Source: Patescibacteria group bacterium
Lineage (GTDB): Bacteria > Patescibacteriota > Patescibacteriia > JBDRGY01
DNA length: 64,000 nucleotides
Reading direction: 5' to 3'
Assembly: GCA_043817315.1 (NCBI GenBank)
Contig: JBDRGY010000014.1
Location: 8,690 to 72,689 of the forward strand
Part shown: positions 37,562 to 46,953 of the stretch, piece by piece
Layout of the letters: each line of letters starts with the position of its first letter
How positions within the stretch are numbered: the stretch's first letter is position 1
The notes under the pieces: generated by a model
Seen by the model: only the letters and a program-made list of their open reading frames with translations
Told to the model about the DNA's origin: nothing
Database searches by the model: none
Translations under genes and position numbers: made by a program

Positions 37562-38389
37562 TTGAAGCTGAAGATCGGGCTAGTCGTAGTCGTTGCTCTT
37601 GTTTCGATCATCTTAGTTAGCTGCTCCCAACAGACAGAACCAAAGTTGACGGTTCGGGAAAGGCAGCTGATTGAATCGAGCCGATCCAGTCTGGCTCAAT
37701 TGGCTGAAACGAGCCAGGCGGCAAAGGAACTGCTTCTCTTTTTCGACAACGAGGCAACTTTAGCCAAGTACATCGACAAAGAGACGTTCCAGGTGGTTGA
37801 AGATCCCCAGAGTCCTCATTTCTTCTACGTAGTGGCGGATACAACCAAGCCTGTACTGGGAGAACAAAGATCGTACGTGGCAGCCGAGTTTGATATAGGG
37901 ATTCGTTGTCTGACTCTGTACGACTATCAGTTTTCCGGGCTGGTGCAGGGGCTTTTCCTGGCACACGAGCTGCAACACGCCATGGACTGTGTATTGGGAG
38001 GCGAAAAGGTAAGCACCTTTATATCAGTTGAATGGCTGATGGGTGAATACCACGCTCTCTGGACAGTCAAGGAGATTCTCAATCAGCATACGGAAGGAGA
38101 GTGGGAGGAAATCGCCCTGACCAGCCGGGCAAAACGAGAATCACTGTCAATTGCCCTTGGCCATGATACCTCTTCCTTTACCTTTGGACCGGCGCCTGGT
38201 GATTCCAGCCGGATTGTCGCTCTTTTCGGAAACTTGGCCCCAGATGACTACAATTCCCTGGTAACTCAGATGATCATTGATGCCAATATGTACAATGTCA
38301 AAGAAATAGCCGGGGCCGACACTATGCTCTTTTTCAATGGAGCTTTGGATTTCCTAGAGACGTTCTACTCTACATATGGAGCCCACTAG
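37562..38389 (+). CDS. Lipoprotein with an HExxH motif (putative zinc metallopeptidase-like) in a higher-GC cassette
   Basis: Lipobox LVSCSQ and LAHELQHAMDC. GC is about 50% against about 40% in the flanks, and codon usage is GC-shifted (CTG, GCC). It has its own TTGACA-17-TAAGAT promoter at about 37490-37518 and a terminator at 38402-38435. Confidence 0.5.
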   Translation: MKLKIGLVVVVALVSIILVSCSQQTEPKLTVRERQLIESSRSSLAQLAETSQAAKELLLFFDNEATLAKYIDKETFQVVEDPQSPHFFYVVADTTKPVLGEQRSYVAAEFDIGIRCLTLYDYQFSGLVQGLFLAHELQHAMDCVLGGEKVSTFISVEWLMGEYHALWTVKEILNQHTEGEWEEIALTSRAKRESLSIALGHDTSSFTFGPAPGDSSRIVALFGNLAPDDYNSLVTQMIIDANMYNVKEIAGADTMLFFNGALDFLETFYSTYGAH

Positions 38390-38401
38390 TCACATCCCGC
38401 C

Positions 38402-38435
38402 AAGGTCTCTTATATAAGAGACCTTTTTATTTTTG
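38402..38435 (+). terminator. Rho-independent terminator (perfect 24-nt palindrome plus T-tract)
   Basis: AAGGTCTCTTATATAAGAGACCTT followed by TTTATTTTTG. Confidence 0.55.
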
Positions 38436-38531
38436 TTGACAATTCTAATCAATATTGTAAGCTATGGTCAGACGGGACAAGATCATTGGCCCGTTTTTCA
38501 ATTGCCAGCTAAATATTTTAAAGCCAGCTTA

Positions 38532-39962
38532 ATGGGGTTTATCTTAGGAACGGGGCTGGCTTCTTTTTATTCGCTTGATCACCAGATGTTGTATCTGCTC
38601 GTTGGCTTGGGATTAGTTTTTTTGATTCCCCAAAGAAGCAGAATGATCGGATTGGTCCTTATTCTAGCTAGTCTAGCAGTTTTTAGATGGCAGCTGGTGG
38701 CCGACCCAGACCTCTCTTCAGAATATGACAAGGAGGTAAGTTTTACGGCCACAATTGACAGGGAGGTGGATTTAAGACTGAACCAGCAACGTTTAACGGT
38801 ATTGGCTAAAGAATATAACACTCATTTTTTGATTACCACCTACTTATATCCCAGATTCTCCTACGGTGATCAACTAGAAATCAGCGGCAGGTTGCAAGAG
38901 CCTGAAGCCTTTTCCGATTTCGATTACCAAGGTTATTTAGAGCGCTACGGTATTCACGGTATCATTTATCGTCCTTGGATTGAAAAAACTGGAGAAGACA
39001 GCTCGTTTCGGAGATACTTGTTTCAATTTAAGGGCCTGGTCAAGAACAAATTAGACCAGTATCTTGTGGAACCGACCAGTTCTTTGGTCAAAGCCATTAT
39101 TCTGGCAACTAAAGGAACTGTACCCTCGGAAATAAAAGAGAATTTCAGCAAAGCTGGAACCAGCCACATTATTGCCATTTCCGGAATGCACATTACCATC
39201 ATATCTGGATTAATATTAAACCTTCTATTGGGAGCGGGCCTAAATCGCAAGCAGGCCTTTTGGGCAGCTACTCTGATACTGCTTATCTATCTGTTTATCA
39301 TTGGTTTTCCGGCTTCAGCAGTCAGGGCAACTTTTATGGGTTTTTTAGTGATGTGGGCTATGTATTTGGGTCGGCTCAATAATTCCCTAAACGCCATTCT
39401 ATTAACTGCTTCAGTAATGTTGCTGTTAAACCCCAGGTTATTGAGAAACGATATTGGCTTTCAGCTTTCTTTTGCTGCTGTTATTGGCATAATATACTTC
39501 AAACCCTGGTTCGATAAACTTTTCGAGAAGTTATCCAGCCGTTTTCAGATCAAGGAAGCGATTGCCATGACTTTAGCGGCTCAGGTCACTACCTTTCCCT
39601 TAATAATTTACTATTTTGATAGGTTTTCTCTGGTGGCACCCCTGGCCAATATCTTAGTGGTGCCGGTTTTGCCCTTTATATTGATTTTGGGCATCGTCGG
39701 TATCGGTCTCAGTTTTATAATTCCCTTTTTGGCTCCAGTGGTTTTTGGAACGCTGTCTCTGTTGGTCACCTATGTGATTAAAGTAATTGAACTTCTGAGT
39801 GGCTTTTCATTTTCATACATGATGGTTGATAATTTTACGGGTACACATATTCTTGTGTCCTATTTTGTAGTTTCTACTGGACTTCTGCTTATAAATAAAT
39901 ATAGACGTAGACAGATAACCATTGCGAGCCCCGACGAGGGGCGTGACAATCCCGATAATTAG
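38532..39962 (+). CDS. comEC: ComEC/Rec2 N-terminal part (DUF4131 plus the competence channel domain), separate ORF
   Basis: DUF4131-like OB region followed by a polytopic competence domain with TSHIIAISGMHITII. The ATG at 38532 is preferred because the track start at 38433 overlaps the upstream terminator and promoter. Confidence 0.7.
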   Translation: MGFILGTGLASFYSLDHQMLYLLVGLGLVFLIPQRSRMIGLVLILASLAVFRWQLVADPDLSSEYDKEVSFTATIDREVDLRLNQQRLTVLAKEYNTHFLITTYLYPRFSYGDQLEISGRLQEPEAFSDFDYQGYLERYGIHGIIYRPWIEKTGEDSSFRRYLFQFKGLVKNKLDQYLVEPTSSLVKAIILATKGTVPSEIKENFSKAGTSHIIAISGMHITIISGLILNLLLGAGLNRKQAFWAATLILLIYLFIIGFPASAVRATFMGFLVMWAMYLGRLNNSLNAILLTASVMLLLNPRLLRNDIGFQLSFAAVIGIIYFKPWFDKLFEKLSSRFQIKEAIAMTLAAQVTTFPLIIYYFDRFSLVAPLANILVVPVLPFILILGIVGIGLSFIIPFLAPVVFGTLSLLVTYVIKVIELLSGFSFSYMMVDNFTGTHILVSYFVVSTGLLLINKYRRRQITIASPDEGRDNPDN

Positions 39963-39997
39963 CTGCCAGGGGAAAGAAGAATTACTACATCTATATC

Positions 39998-40261
39998 ATG
40001 ACTAATAATAGAAACACGGTCTTATATGTGGGTATGACCAGTAATTTGGTAAGACGAGTTGAGTCGCACAAAGATAAAATTGTTAAGGGGTTTACAAAAA
40101 GATATAATATAGATAAATTGGTGTATTTTGAGGAAAGTAATGATCGGTGGGGTGCAATTACTAGAGAAAAGCAAATAAAGGCAGGGTCGAGGGCCAAGAA
40201 AGAGAAAATGATTAATAAAATGAACCCTGGATGGCGGGACCTATGCCACATATTTTACTAA
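39998..40261 (+). CDS. GIY-YIG nuclease family protein (UPF0213/YhbQ-like)
   Basis: VLYVGMTSNLVRRVESHK...KLVYFEE in an 87-aa protein, inserted between the two comEC ORFs. Confidence 0.7.
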   Translation: MTNNRNTVLYVGMTSNLVRRVESHKDKIVKGFTKRYNIDKLVYFEESNDRWGAITREKQIKAGSRAKKEKMINKMNPGWRDLCHIFY

Positions 40262-40264
40262 TCA

Positions 40265-41167
40265 ATGGGATTGCTTCGTCACTACGCTCCTCGCAATGGT
40301 AATGAATTAAAAATGAACAGCCCAAAAAAATTATTAATAATCATTATTATCCTGACTGCCCTGGGTATGGCCGCTTGCCTTTTTCTTTACCAAGAAAAGG
40401 AAAAGTTGTTGGAAGTAGTTTTTATGGACGTGGGTCAAGGCGATGCCATTTTGATAAAAACTCCTTACGATCAGCAAATCTTAATAGACGGGGGGCCAGA
40501 CAACCAGGTGCTTCAGAAATTGGGTCAGCATATGCCTTTTTGGGACCGCTCGATTGATCTGTTGATCTTGACTCATCCCCATTCTGATCACGTGGGCGGC
40601 TTGCCAGCAGTTATGGATCGCTATCAGGTTGAGCAGATATTTTATACGGGTGTACTGCATACCTCACCCGATTATTTAGCTTGGTTGCAAAAGATAGAGG
40701 AGCAAGCCGTCGATCTAAAAATTACCAAATCAGGTGACAGAGTTAATTTAGGTAACGATCTTTATTTAGACACTTTATTTCCCCTGGAGGATTACACTAA
40801 CCAAGAAGTGGAGGATTTGAACGGGACTTCTGTTGTTAATAAATTGGTTTACGGCCAACACGCCTTCTTGCTGACCGGCGATTTACCCGCGGAGCAGGAA
40901 CTGGCAGTTTTGAACCAGGGAATCAATGTGACCGCTGACGTTTTAAAAGTAGGACATCATGGATCCAAATATTCTTCTTCTTCAGAATTCTTGTCAGACG
41001 TCGACCCTCAATACGCCATTGTTCAAGTGGGCCAAGACAACAAATTTGGTCATCCTCATCTGGTTGCTTTAAACAATATAGAGAGTTCGGGGGCGGTGAT
41101 TCTGCGTAGTGATAAATTGGGTGATATTAAATGCCAATCAGACAAATCGGTTTTATCTTGTTTCTAG
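40265..41167 (+). CDS. ComEC C-terminal metallo-beta-lactamase domain protein (separate ORF with its own TM anchor)
   Basis: DVGQGDAILIK, LILTHPHSDHVGG and KVGHHGSKYSS. The alternative start MNSPKK is at 40313. Confidence 0.75.
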   Translation: MGLLRHYAPRNGNELKMNSPKKLLIIIIILTALGMAACLFLYQEKEKLLEVVFMDVGQGDAILIKTPYDQQILIDGGPDNQVLQKLGQHMPFWDRSIDLLILTHPHSDHVGGLPAVMDRYQVEQIFYTGVLHTSPDYLAWLQKIEEQAVDLKITKSGDRVNLGNDLYLDTLFPLEDYTNQEVEDLNGTSVVNKLVYGQHAFLLTGDLPAEQELAVLNQGINVTADVLKVGHHGSKYSSSSEFLSDVDPQYAIVQVGQDNKFGHPHLVALNNIESSGAVILRSDKLGDIKCQSDKSVLSCF

Positions 41168-41187
41168 TTTGTGATATAATTTGATAT

Positions 41188-41865
41188 ATGGCGGAAAGTG
41201 AAAAAATCGATCAGGCAATTAGACCTTGGTATTTAAAGGGCTGGGGCTTGGTTTTTTCCATAGCCTTGATAGCTGTTTTGATCTGGCTGATCGGCCTGGT
41301 AATGTGGCTTTATAACCCTTTTGCTGAGTTGGGAGGAACCAGCCGGCAAGCGGTTAATCCCCTGAGTGTTGATGAAGATGATGATCCGGCCTGGGGAAGT
41401 GTCTATGCCAAAGTGACCATTATCTCCTTTGAGGATTACACCTGCCCGGTTTGCGGTGAGGCCTACGAGGCTATAAAACAGATACGGGAAAACTACTACG
41501 ACGATGTATATATTGTCTTCCGCGATTTCCCTATTTTGGGTCCGACTTCTACCACAGCGGCTTTGGCAGCGGAGTGTGCCGAGGATCAAGGGAAATTTTG
41601 GGAGATGCACGATAAGCTTTTTGAGAACCAAACTTTAATTTCTGAAGAATACGTAAAAGCTTTTGCAGCCCAAATCGGTCTGGATTTGAACACCTTTACT
41701 GATTGTTTGTACGACAACGAGCATCGGGCCGAGATCCAAAGTGATTTAAGTGAAGGTATTGCGGCCGGAGTTGAGGGGACACCGACTTGGTTTATTGAAG
41801 GAACCAGGTTAGAGGGGGCGATTCCTTACGAGGTTTGGGAACAAATAATAGATAGTTATATATAA
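41188..41865 (+). CDS. Membrane-anchored thioredoxin-fold DsbA-like thiol:disulfide oxidoreductase
   Basis: TM anchor and a CPVC active site (YTCPVCGE). Confidence 0.65.
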   Translation: MAESEKIDQAIRPWYLKGWGLVFSIALIAVLIWLIGLVMWLYNPFAELGGTSRQAVNPLSVDEDDDPAWGSVYAKVTIISFEDYTCPVCGEAYEAIKQIRENYYDDVYIVFRDFPILGPTSTTAALAAECAEDQGKFWEMHDKLFENQTLISEEYVKAFAAQIGLDLNTFTDCLYDNEHRAEIQSDLSEGIAAGVEGTPTWFIEGTRLEGAIPYEVWEQIIDSYI

Positions 41866-41905
41866 AGGAAAGACAAATTAACCAACAGTAGGTTTATATT
41901 TTTTT

Positions 41906-42889
41906 ATGCCGATTATCGAAGTAAACAATCTAACTAAGAAGTTCAAATCGTTGGTGGCCGTCAATGACGTATCCTTTACTGTAAGCCAGGGAGAGATATT
42001 TGGTTTTTTGGGACCCAACGGAGCGGGCAAGACAACCACTATCAATATCTTAACCACCTTGCTGCAACCAACATCAGGATCGGCCACTGTCAATCAGTTT
42101 GATGTGGTCAAAAACAAAGAACAAGTCAGAGAGAGTATTGGTTTGATTTTTCAGGACCCCTCATTGGATGACAAACTGTCGGCCTTGGAAAATCTCAAAT
42201 TTCATGCTTGGCTCTACCGGGTGGATAAAGCCGTGCAACAGCAGAGGATGTCTGAGATGCTAAAGATGGTCGGCCTATATAGCAGAAAGAAAGATCGAGT
42301 GGATACCTTTTCGGGGGGGATGAAAAGGAGGCTGGAAATTGCCAGGGGACTTATCCATCACCCCAAAGTATTATTTTTAGACGAACCGACCATCGGCCTG
42401 GATCCCCAAACCCGTAATCATATTTGGGAATATGTCCTACAGTTGAGAGCCAGGGAGAATATTACTATGTTTTTAACCACCCACTACATGGATGAAGCTG
42501 AATACTGTGATCGGGTAGCAATTATCGATGAAGGTAAAATTATAGCCCTGGATACGGTGGCCAACTTGAAGAAGTTGATCGGCGGTGACGTTATTATTAT
42601 CAAAACCAGTGATAACCAAAAAGCCCAAGAAGAAATCCAGCAGAAGTGGCAATTGGAAGCCAAGCCCAAAGATGACCAGTTGATGATAAATAAACCGGGG
42701 GGCGAAAAGTTTATCCCCGACTTGTTTAAGAATATCAGTCCCGCCATTGAAAGTGTGGCCCTGCGGCAGCCGACTCTCAATGATGTATTTCTGAAATTAA
42801 CCGGCAAAGAAATTCGTGATGAAGAAGTTTCCAAGAAAGATAAAATGAAAAGACATTTAAAAATGAGAAGCAGGATGGGACCCCACTAA
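41906..42889 (+). CDS. ABC transporter ATP-binding protein
   Basis: Walker A GPNGAGKTT, signature SGGMKRRL and Walker B LFLDEPT. Confidence 0.85.
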   Translation: MPIIEVNNLTKKFKSLVAVNDVSFTVSQGEIFGFLGPNGAGKTTTINILTTLLQPTSGSATVNQFDVVKNKEQVRESIGLIFQDPSLDDKLSALENLKFHAWLYRVDKAVQQQRMSEMLKMVGLYSRKKDRVDTFSGGMKRRLEIARGLIHHPKVLFLDEPTIGLDPQTRNHIWEYVLQLRARENITMFLTTHYMDEAEYCDRVAIIDEGKIIALDTVANLKKLIGGDVIIIKTSDNQKAQEEIQQKWQLEAKPKDDQLMINKPGGEKFIPDLFKNISPAIESVALRQPTLNDVFLKLTGKEIRDEEVSKKDKMKRHLKMRSRMGPH

Positions 42890-42890
42890 G

Positions 42891-43709
42891 ATGAAACACC
42901 TCAAAGCAATTTATATTATTTGGTACCGGGATATCCTGCGCTACTGGCGCAACCGGGCCAGGATTATCACTTCCCTGGCCATGCCCTTCTTGTGGTTAGT
43001 GATGTTTGGTTCAGGAATTAAAGGTTCACTTTCTTTTGGTGCCGGGGGATTAGATGGAGCCAATTTTGACTACGTTCAGTTTCTCTTCCCCGGAGTGCTG
43101 GGCATGACTATTTTATTCACCTCTATCTTTGCCGCCATCTCTATAGTGACTGATCGGGAATTTGGTTTTATGAAAGAGATTTTAGTCGCTCCGGTTTCTA
43201 GGACGGCAGTGGCTTTGGGCAAGATCTTGGGTGGTTCGACCATAGCCATGGTTCAGGCTTCTCTGATGATGGTCTTAGCTCCTTTAGTCGGGGTGCAACT
43301 GTCCTGGGGGTTGGTGTTGGGCTTATTACCGGTAATGTTTTTGGTGGCTTTTTCCCTAAACTCGCTGGGGATTTTAGTGGCCTCTCGCCTCAAATCTACC
43401 GAAGCCTTTTCTATGGTAATGCAGTTTATTATGATGCCCATGTTTTTCTTGTCAGGAGCCCTTTTTCCGCTGAATAATTTGCCGGGCTGGATGACATTTT
43501 TGAGCAAAATAAATCCTGCTTCCTACGGTATAGATAGTTTGCGCCAGGTGGCCTTTAGGTATTTAGAGGTACCGGAGACGATAGCTGATTATTTCAAGAT
43601 GGAACTATTCGGCAATAAATTGAGCTTAGGATACGACCTATTGTTGGTGGGCGCCTTTGGTTTAGTGATGCTGCTGGCGGCAGTACTGGCCTTTCGCCGC
43701 AGTCAATAA
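42891..43709 (+). CDS. ABC-2 type transporter permease
   Basis: Six TM helices. Start codon overlaps the upstream ATPase gene stop (TAAGATG). Confidence 0.75.
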   Translation: MKHLKAIYIIWYRDILRYWRNRARIITSLAMPFLWLVMFGSGIKGSLSFGAGGLDGANFDYVQFLFPGVLGMTILFTSIFAAISIVTDREFGFMKEILVAPVSRTAVALGKILGGSTIAMVQASLMMVLAPLVGVQLSWGLVLGLLPVMFLVAFSLNSLGILVASRLKSTEAFSMVMQFIMMPMFFLSGALFPLNNLPGWMTFLSKINPASYGIDSLRQVAFRYLEVPETIADYFKMELFGNKLSLGYDLLLVGAFGLVMLLAAVLAFRRSQ

Positions 43710-43786
43710 AGGGATTCTTGACAAATTTTTCAATCATGATAAACTTTCTTAACCGGATAAATATTAATTAATAAAGGATAAAAAAG

Positions 43787-44554
43787 ATGAATGAAGGATC
43801 ACCAGAAGGAAAAGGTATTTTCAAAAACCCATCGAAACAAACCTTTTTACTGGGTTTATTCATAGGCATTTCGGTCATCACAACCTTTGCCTTTTTCTTT
43901 ACCCTGGCCATGGCTTTAGACAATGGTTCCCTGGGTGGAGACGATGCCAAAGTGGCTGATAGCGGCAACGTAGCTGGTCAACAGGATGCCGTCGTAGATC
44001 CTGCTGCTGGGGTTGCTCCCACTCCCACTCCTACTCCAGTTGACATCGAACAGATCGTTAGCCTGGATGGAGCTCACATCAAAGGAGCCGAGAACGCTAC
44101 TGTTACCATGATCGAGTATTCTGATTTTGAGTGTCCTTACTGCTCAAAGCACCAGGAAACTCTAACTCAGATTTTAGATGAATATCCCAACGACGTCAGA
44201 TTAGTTTATAAACATTTCCCCTTGTCTTTTCATGCCAACGCCCAAAAGGCCGGTGAAGCCTCTGAATGTGCCGGTGATCAAGACAAATTTTGGGAGATGC
44301 ACGACCTGATCTATGCCGCTGAAGCCTTCAGTATCGATACCTTCAAACAGTTTGCCAAAGATCTGGGTCTGGATACCAGCAAGTTTAACACTTGTTTGGA
44401 TGACGGTACTCACGCTTCCACAGTGCAATCTGACATGGTAGAGGGACAAGCCGCCGGAGTCGAAGGAACTCCAGCCACCTTTGTAAACGGCACCCTAATC
44501 TCAGGTGCTATTCCCTACGATTCTTTCAAGGCGGTTATCGATGCCGAGCTCTAA
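43787..44554 (+). CDS. DsbA-like thioredoxin-domain protein (secreted/anchored)
   Basis: CPYC active site (FECPYCSKH) and an N-terminal TM helix. Confidence 0.7.
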   Translation: MNEGSPEGKGIFKNPSKQTFLLGLFIGISVITTFAFFFTLAMALDNGSLGGDDAKVADSGNVAGQQDAVVDPAAGVAPTPTPTPVDIEQIVSLDGAHIKGAENATVTMIEYSDFECPYCSKHQETLTQILDEYPNDVRLVYKHFPLSFHANAQKAGEASECAGDQDKFWEMHDLIYAAEAFSIDTFKQFAKDLGLDTSKFNTCLDDGTHASTVQSDMVEGQAAGVEGTPATFVNGTLISGAIPYDSFKAVIDAEL

Positions 44555-45322
44555 ATGATTCCCTGGTTTCAATTCACACAGTTTTCCATAGGACCCCTGA
44601 CCATCCAGGTCTGGGGTCTTTTTCTGGCCCTAGCTTTTTTGGTCAGCATCATCGCCAGTGGCTATGAATTAAAAAGAAAAGGTTTGCAGCATCGGATAAT
44701 CTTGGATCTATCAGTCTGGGTAATCATTGGAGCTATTGTGGGCGGCCGCTTGTTCTATGTTCTTAATGAGTGGTCCCGGTTCCAAGAGCAGCTGGTTGAT
44801 ATCTTCAAATTGTGGCAAGGAGGCATGGCCTTGTACGGTGGAGTGATTGGCGGCAGTCTTGCTGCTTGGCTTTTTATCAAACGCAAGAAACTGAAGTTCG
44901 GACCTTATGCTGATGCTGTTTTGTTTACTCTTCCCTTGGGGCTCTTTGTCGGCAGGATTGGTTGTCTGATGATTCACGATCATCTGGGTTCAGTGACCAC
45001 AGTGCCTTGGGGCATAGAGTATTTAGGGCAGGTGAGACACGAAACTGCTTTATACAGCCTGGTACTCAATTTAGTCTTGTTTATAGTCTTATTCTTTCTG
45101 CGCAAAGCCAAGTTTAATTTTACCGGTTTAGTTTCTTCAATATTCCTGATTGGTTACGGTTTGGGGCGCTTTGTTATTGATATTTTTAGGGCTCAGGATT
45201 TGCCCTTTTCTGATCCCAGATTTGGCGGTTTAACCCCTTCACAGTATGTTAGTATTTTACTAGTGATTATGGGGATCTGGTTATGGATCAGGATAAAGAA
45301 ACAGAGATTAGACGACAAGTAA
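44555..45322 (+). CDS. lgt: Prolipoprotein diacylglyceryl transferase
   Basis: Similarity to E. coli Lgt: FSIGP..W.G, GGRLFYVL, W.GGMALYGG.IG and GRIGC. Confidence 0.75.
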   Translation: MIPWFQFTQFSIGPLTIQVWGLFLALAFLVSIIASGYELKRKGLQHRIILDLSVWVIIGAIVGGRLFYVLNEWSRFQEQLVDIFKLWQGGMALYGGVIGGSLAAWLFIKRKKLKFGPYADAVLFTLPLGLFVGRIGCLMIHDHLGSVTTVPWGIEYLGQVRHETALYSLVLNLVLFIVLFFLRKAKFNFTGLVSSIFLIGYGLGRFVIDIFRAQDLPFSDPRFGGLTPSQYVSILLVIMGIWLWIRIKKQRLDDK

Positions 45323-45343
45323 TAAGAGAATAGCTAATATTAG

Positions 45344-45366
45344 ACTCCGACATTGGAGTTTTTTTG
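45344..45366 (+). terminator. Rho-independent terminator after lgt
   Basis: ACTCC-GACAT-TGGAGT followed by TTTTTTT. Confidence 0.5.
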
Positions 45367-45403
45367 GTTTTGGTCCTACAATTTAGCTGTCTGGGCTCTA
45401 GCC

Positions 45404-45432
45404 TTGACAAATAGGCGTTTTTGTGATAGTAT
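45404..45432 (+). promoter_or_regulatory. Consensus sigma70 promoter (TTGACA-17-TAGTAT) driving the GC-rich cassette
   Basis: TTGACA at 45404-09, a 17-nt spacer, and TAGTAT at 45427-32. A 130-nt leader with two hairpins follows, then GGAGG and an ATG at 45568. Confidence 0.5.
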
Positions 45433-45567
45433 GGCCTGTTAACCTGAGGCAGATTCTAGCCTCTGGCTGACCTACCTGTGAATTAGGTAGTTGTTTAGTA
45501 CATTGACAACCTGTTCTGAGTGAGATAACGAAAGCAAACAGAGCCAAGGACGAGAGGAGGTAGTACC

Positions 45568-46908
45568 ATGATTGCGGCATTTATTGCCCTGTCGGGACTG
45601 GTAGCGGCGGCGATCTACATCGTTGCCTACTACATTCCCAAGCAGAATGGTGATTTCGAGGCCCCCCCGTTACCGCCCCTGAAGACCGAGGGTGTCGATG
45701 GAGCTGATGGCGACGAGCTTACCCCCGAGTACCTCGAGAATGAAGTCGAAGCCCTTCTGACTGAGTTACTGGGAGAAGAAGCGGCTAAGGGAGTCAACTT
45801 GATTCCGCCCAAAACACCGGCTTATCGTGAGGGGTCGATTCCCAAGAAAGCCTGTCATTACCGGGTCGGTGGCAAGTGGACTCTGCTGATTCTCTGGATG
45901 GCCGCTGGTCTGTTCCCGCTGGTCGGTTGGCTGACTCGTGGTGGTATGGGAGCTGGAATCGGGGTATTGATTTCGGTATTCGGCTACTACGTCGTCAGCA
46001 ACTACAGCTATGGTAAGAACGATGCTCAAATCTATCGGGGAGTTGAATTCCTTGGTGATCCAGCTGCCATTGTGCCACCTGGACCCTTCTTCCTGCATCC
46101 TTTCGTGGAGAAGCTGGCTCCACGGGTGGCCAATACCAGGCTGCTTAGTATCAACAAGATCCTGGAAGATGTGCACAGCCGCGGAGCTATCCCGGCCCAC
46201 ATCCAGCTGGGGCTGATGGCCCAGATCGTCAATTCGCCACGGGCCATTGCCGCCTATGTCTGGGGTTTCCAAGGCGATGACGTATCGGCAATGTTGCAGT
46301 CGGTGCGTTCGGCCACTACGGACTTTGTCGGTCAGATTCACTTGATTGACATGTCCAGGCTGCAGTCCTTGCTCCAGATGTTCACCATGTGGTATCTGCG
46401 CTGCCTGCGTTTCTACGAGCGTCTTGGCATCGAAGTGATCATGCCTGAGTACATGGGTTACATCCCTGACGGCGACGAGTATCAAACTGCTCTGTCCGCC
46501 AAGCAGGTCAAGACCCATGAAGGCGAAGGCGTGATTGCTATGGCCGAGAAGCAGAAGGCAGCGGATAAGTTCGCTGGCGAAGGACGTGAGTCCTACTTGA
46601 CTGCTGAAGCTAAGGGTGAGCAGGCGTTGGCCGAGGCGTTGGTCGGAGTCTATAAAGACCCCACCATTGCCGAACGTCACGTCGATCATCGAGGCCGCAA
46701 CACCGCTCTGCTGGCTGCCCAGGATAATGAACGAGTGATTCTGATGTCGGACAACTCTGGTGGTGAGTCTGGCGGCTTGGCAGCCGGTGCCCGGAAGTCA
46801 CTCATGTTCAAGATAATTGGTGACGTGGTCAAGAGAAACCTCCAGGATGCCGGGATTCTTCCCAAGTCCGACGACGATGATCACGCTGCCATCTCTGGTG
46901 CTGAGTAG
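45568..46908 (+). CDS. SPFH/band-7 (stomatin/prohibitin/flotillin-like) membrane protein, high GC
   Basis: N-terminal TM helices, an SPFH-like core (PFVEKLAPRVANTRLLSINK...IPAHIQLGLMAQIVNSPRAIAAYVWGF) and a flotillin-like C-terminus (EAKGEQALAEALVGV). The gene is about 57% GC. Confidence 0.45.
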   Translation: MIAAFIALSGLVAAAIYIVAYYIPKQNGDFEAPPLPPLKTEGVDGADGDELTPEYLENEVEALLTELLGEEAAKGVNLIPPKTPAYREGSIPKKACHYRVGGKWTLLILWMAAGLFPLVGWLTRGGMGAGIGVLISVFGYYVVSNYSYGKNDAQIYRGVEFLGDPAAIVPPGPFFLHPFVEKLAPRVANTRLLSINKILEDVHSRGAIPAHIQLGLMAQIVNSPRAIAAYVWGFQGDDVSAMLQSVRSATTDFVGQIHLIDMSRLQSLLQMFTMWYLRCLRFYERLGIEVIMPEYMGYIPDGDEYQTALSAKQVKTHEGEGVIAMAEKQKAADKFAGEGRESYLTAEAKGEQALAEALVGVYKDPTIAERHVDHRGRNTALLAAQDNERVILMSDNSGGESGGLAAGARKSLMFKIIGDVVKRNLQDAGILPKSDDDDHAAISGAE

Positions 46909-46953
46909 TATCTAATCGGGGGCGCCCTCGGACGCCCCCACTAACACTAAGAG

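Noticed and set aside
45398-45580. 60-aa minus-strand ORF across the GC-island promoter and leader
   Set aside because: It overlaps the consensus promoter and 5' UTR of the + strand cassette. It has no RBS and is compositionally driven.
45766-46689. 307-aa ORF on the minus strand inside the SPFH gene (and other antisense ORFs at 47040-47480 and 47752-48123)
   Set aside because: They lie entirely antisense to well-supported + strand genes in the 57% GC cassette, where long spurious ORFs are expected. They have no RBS or motif support.
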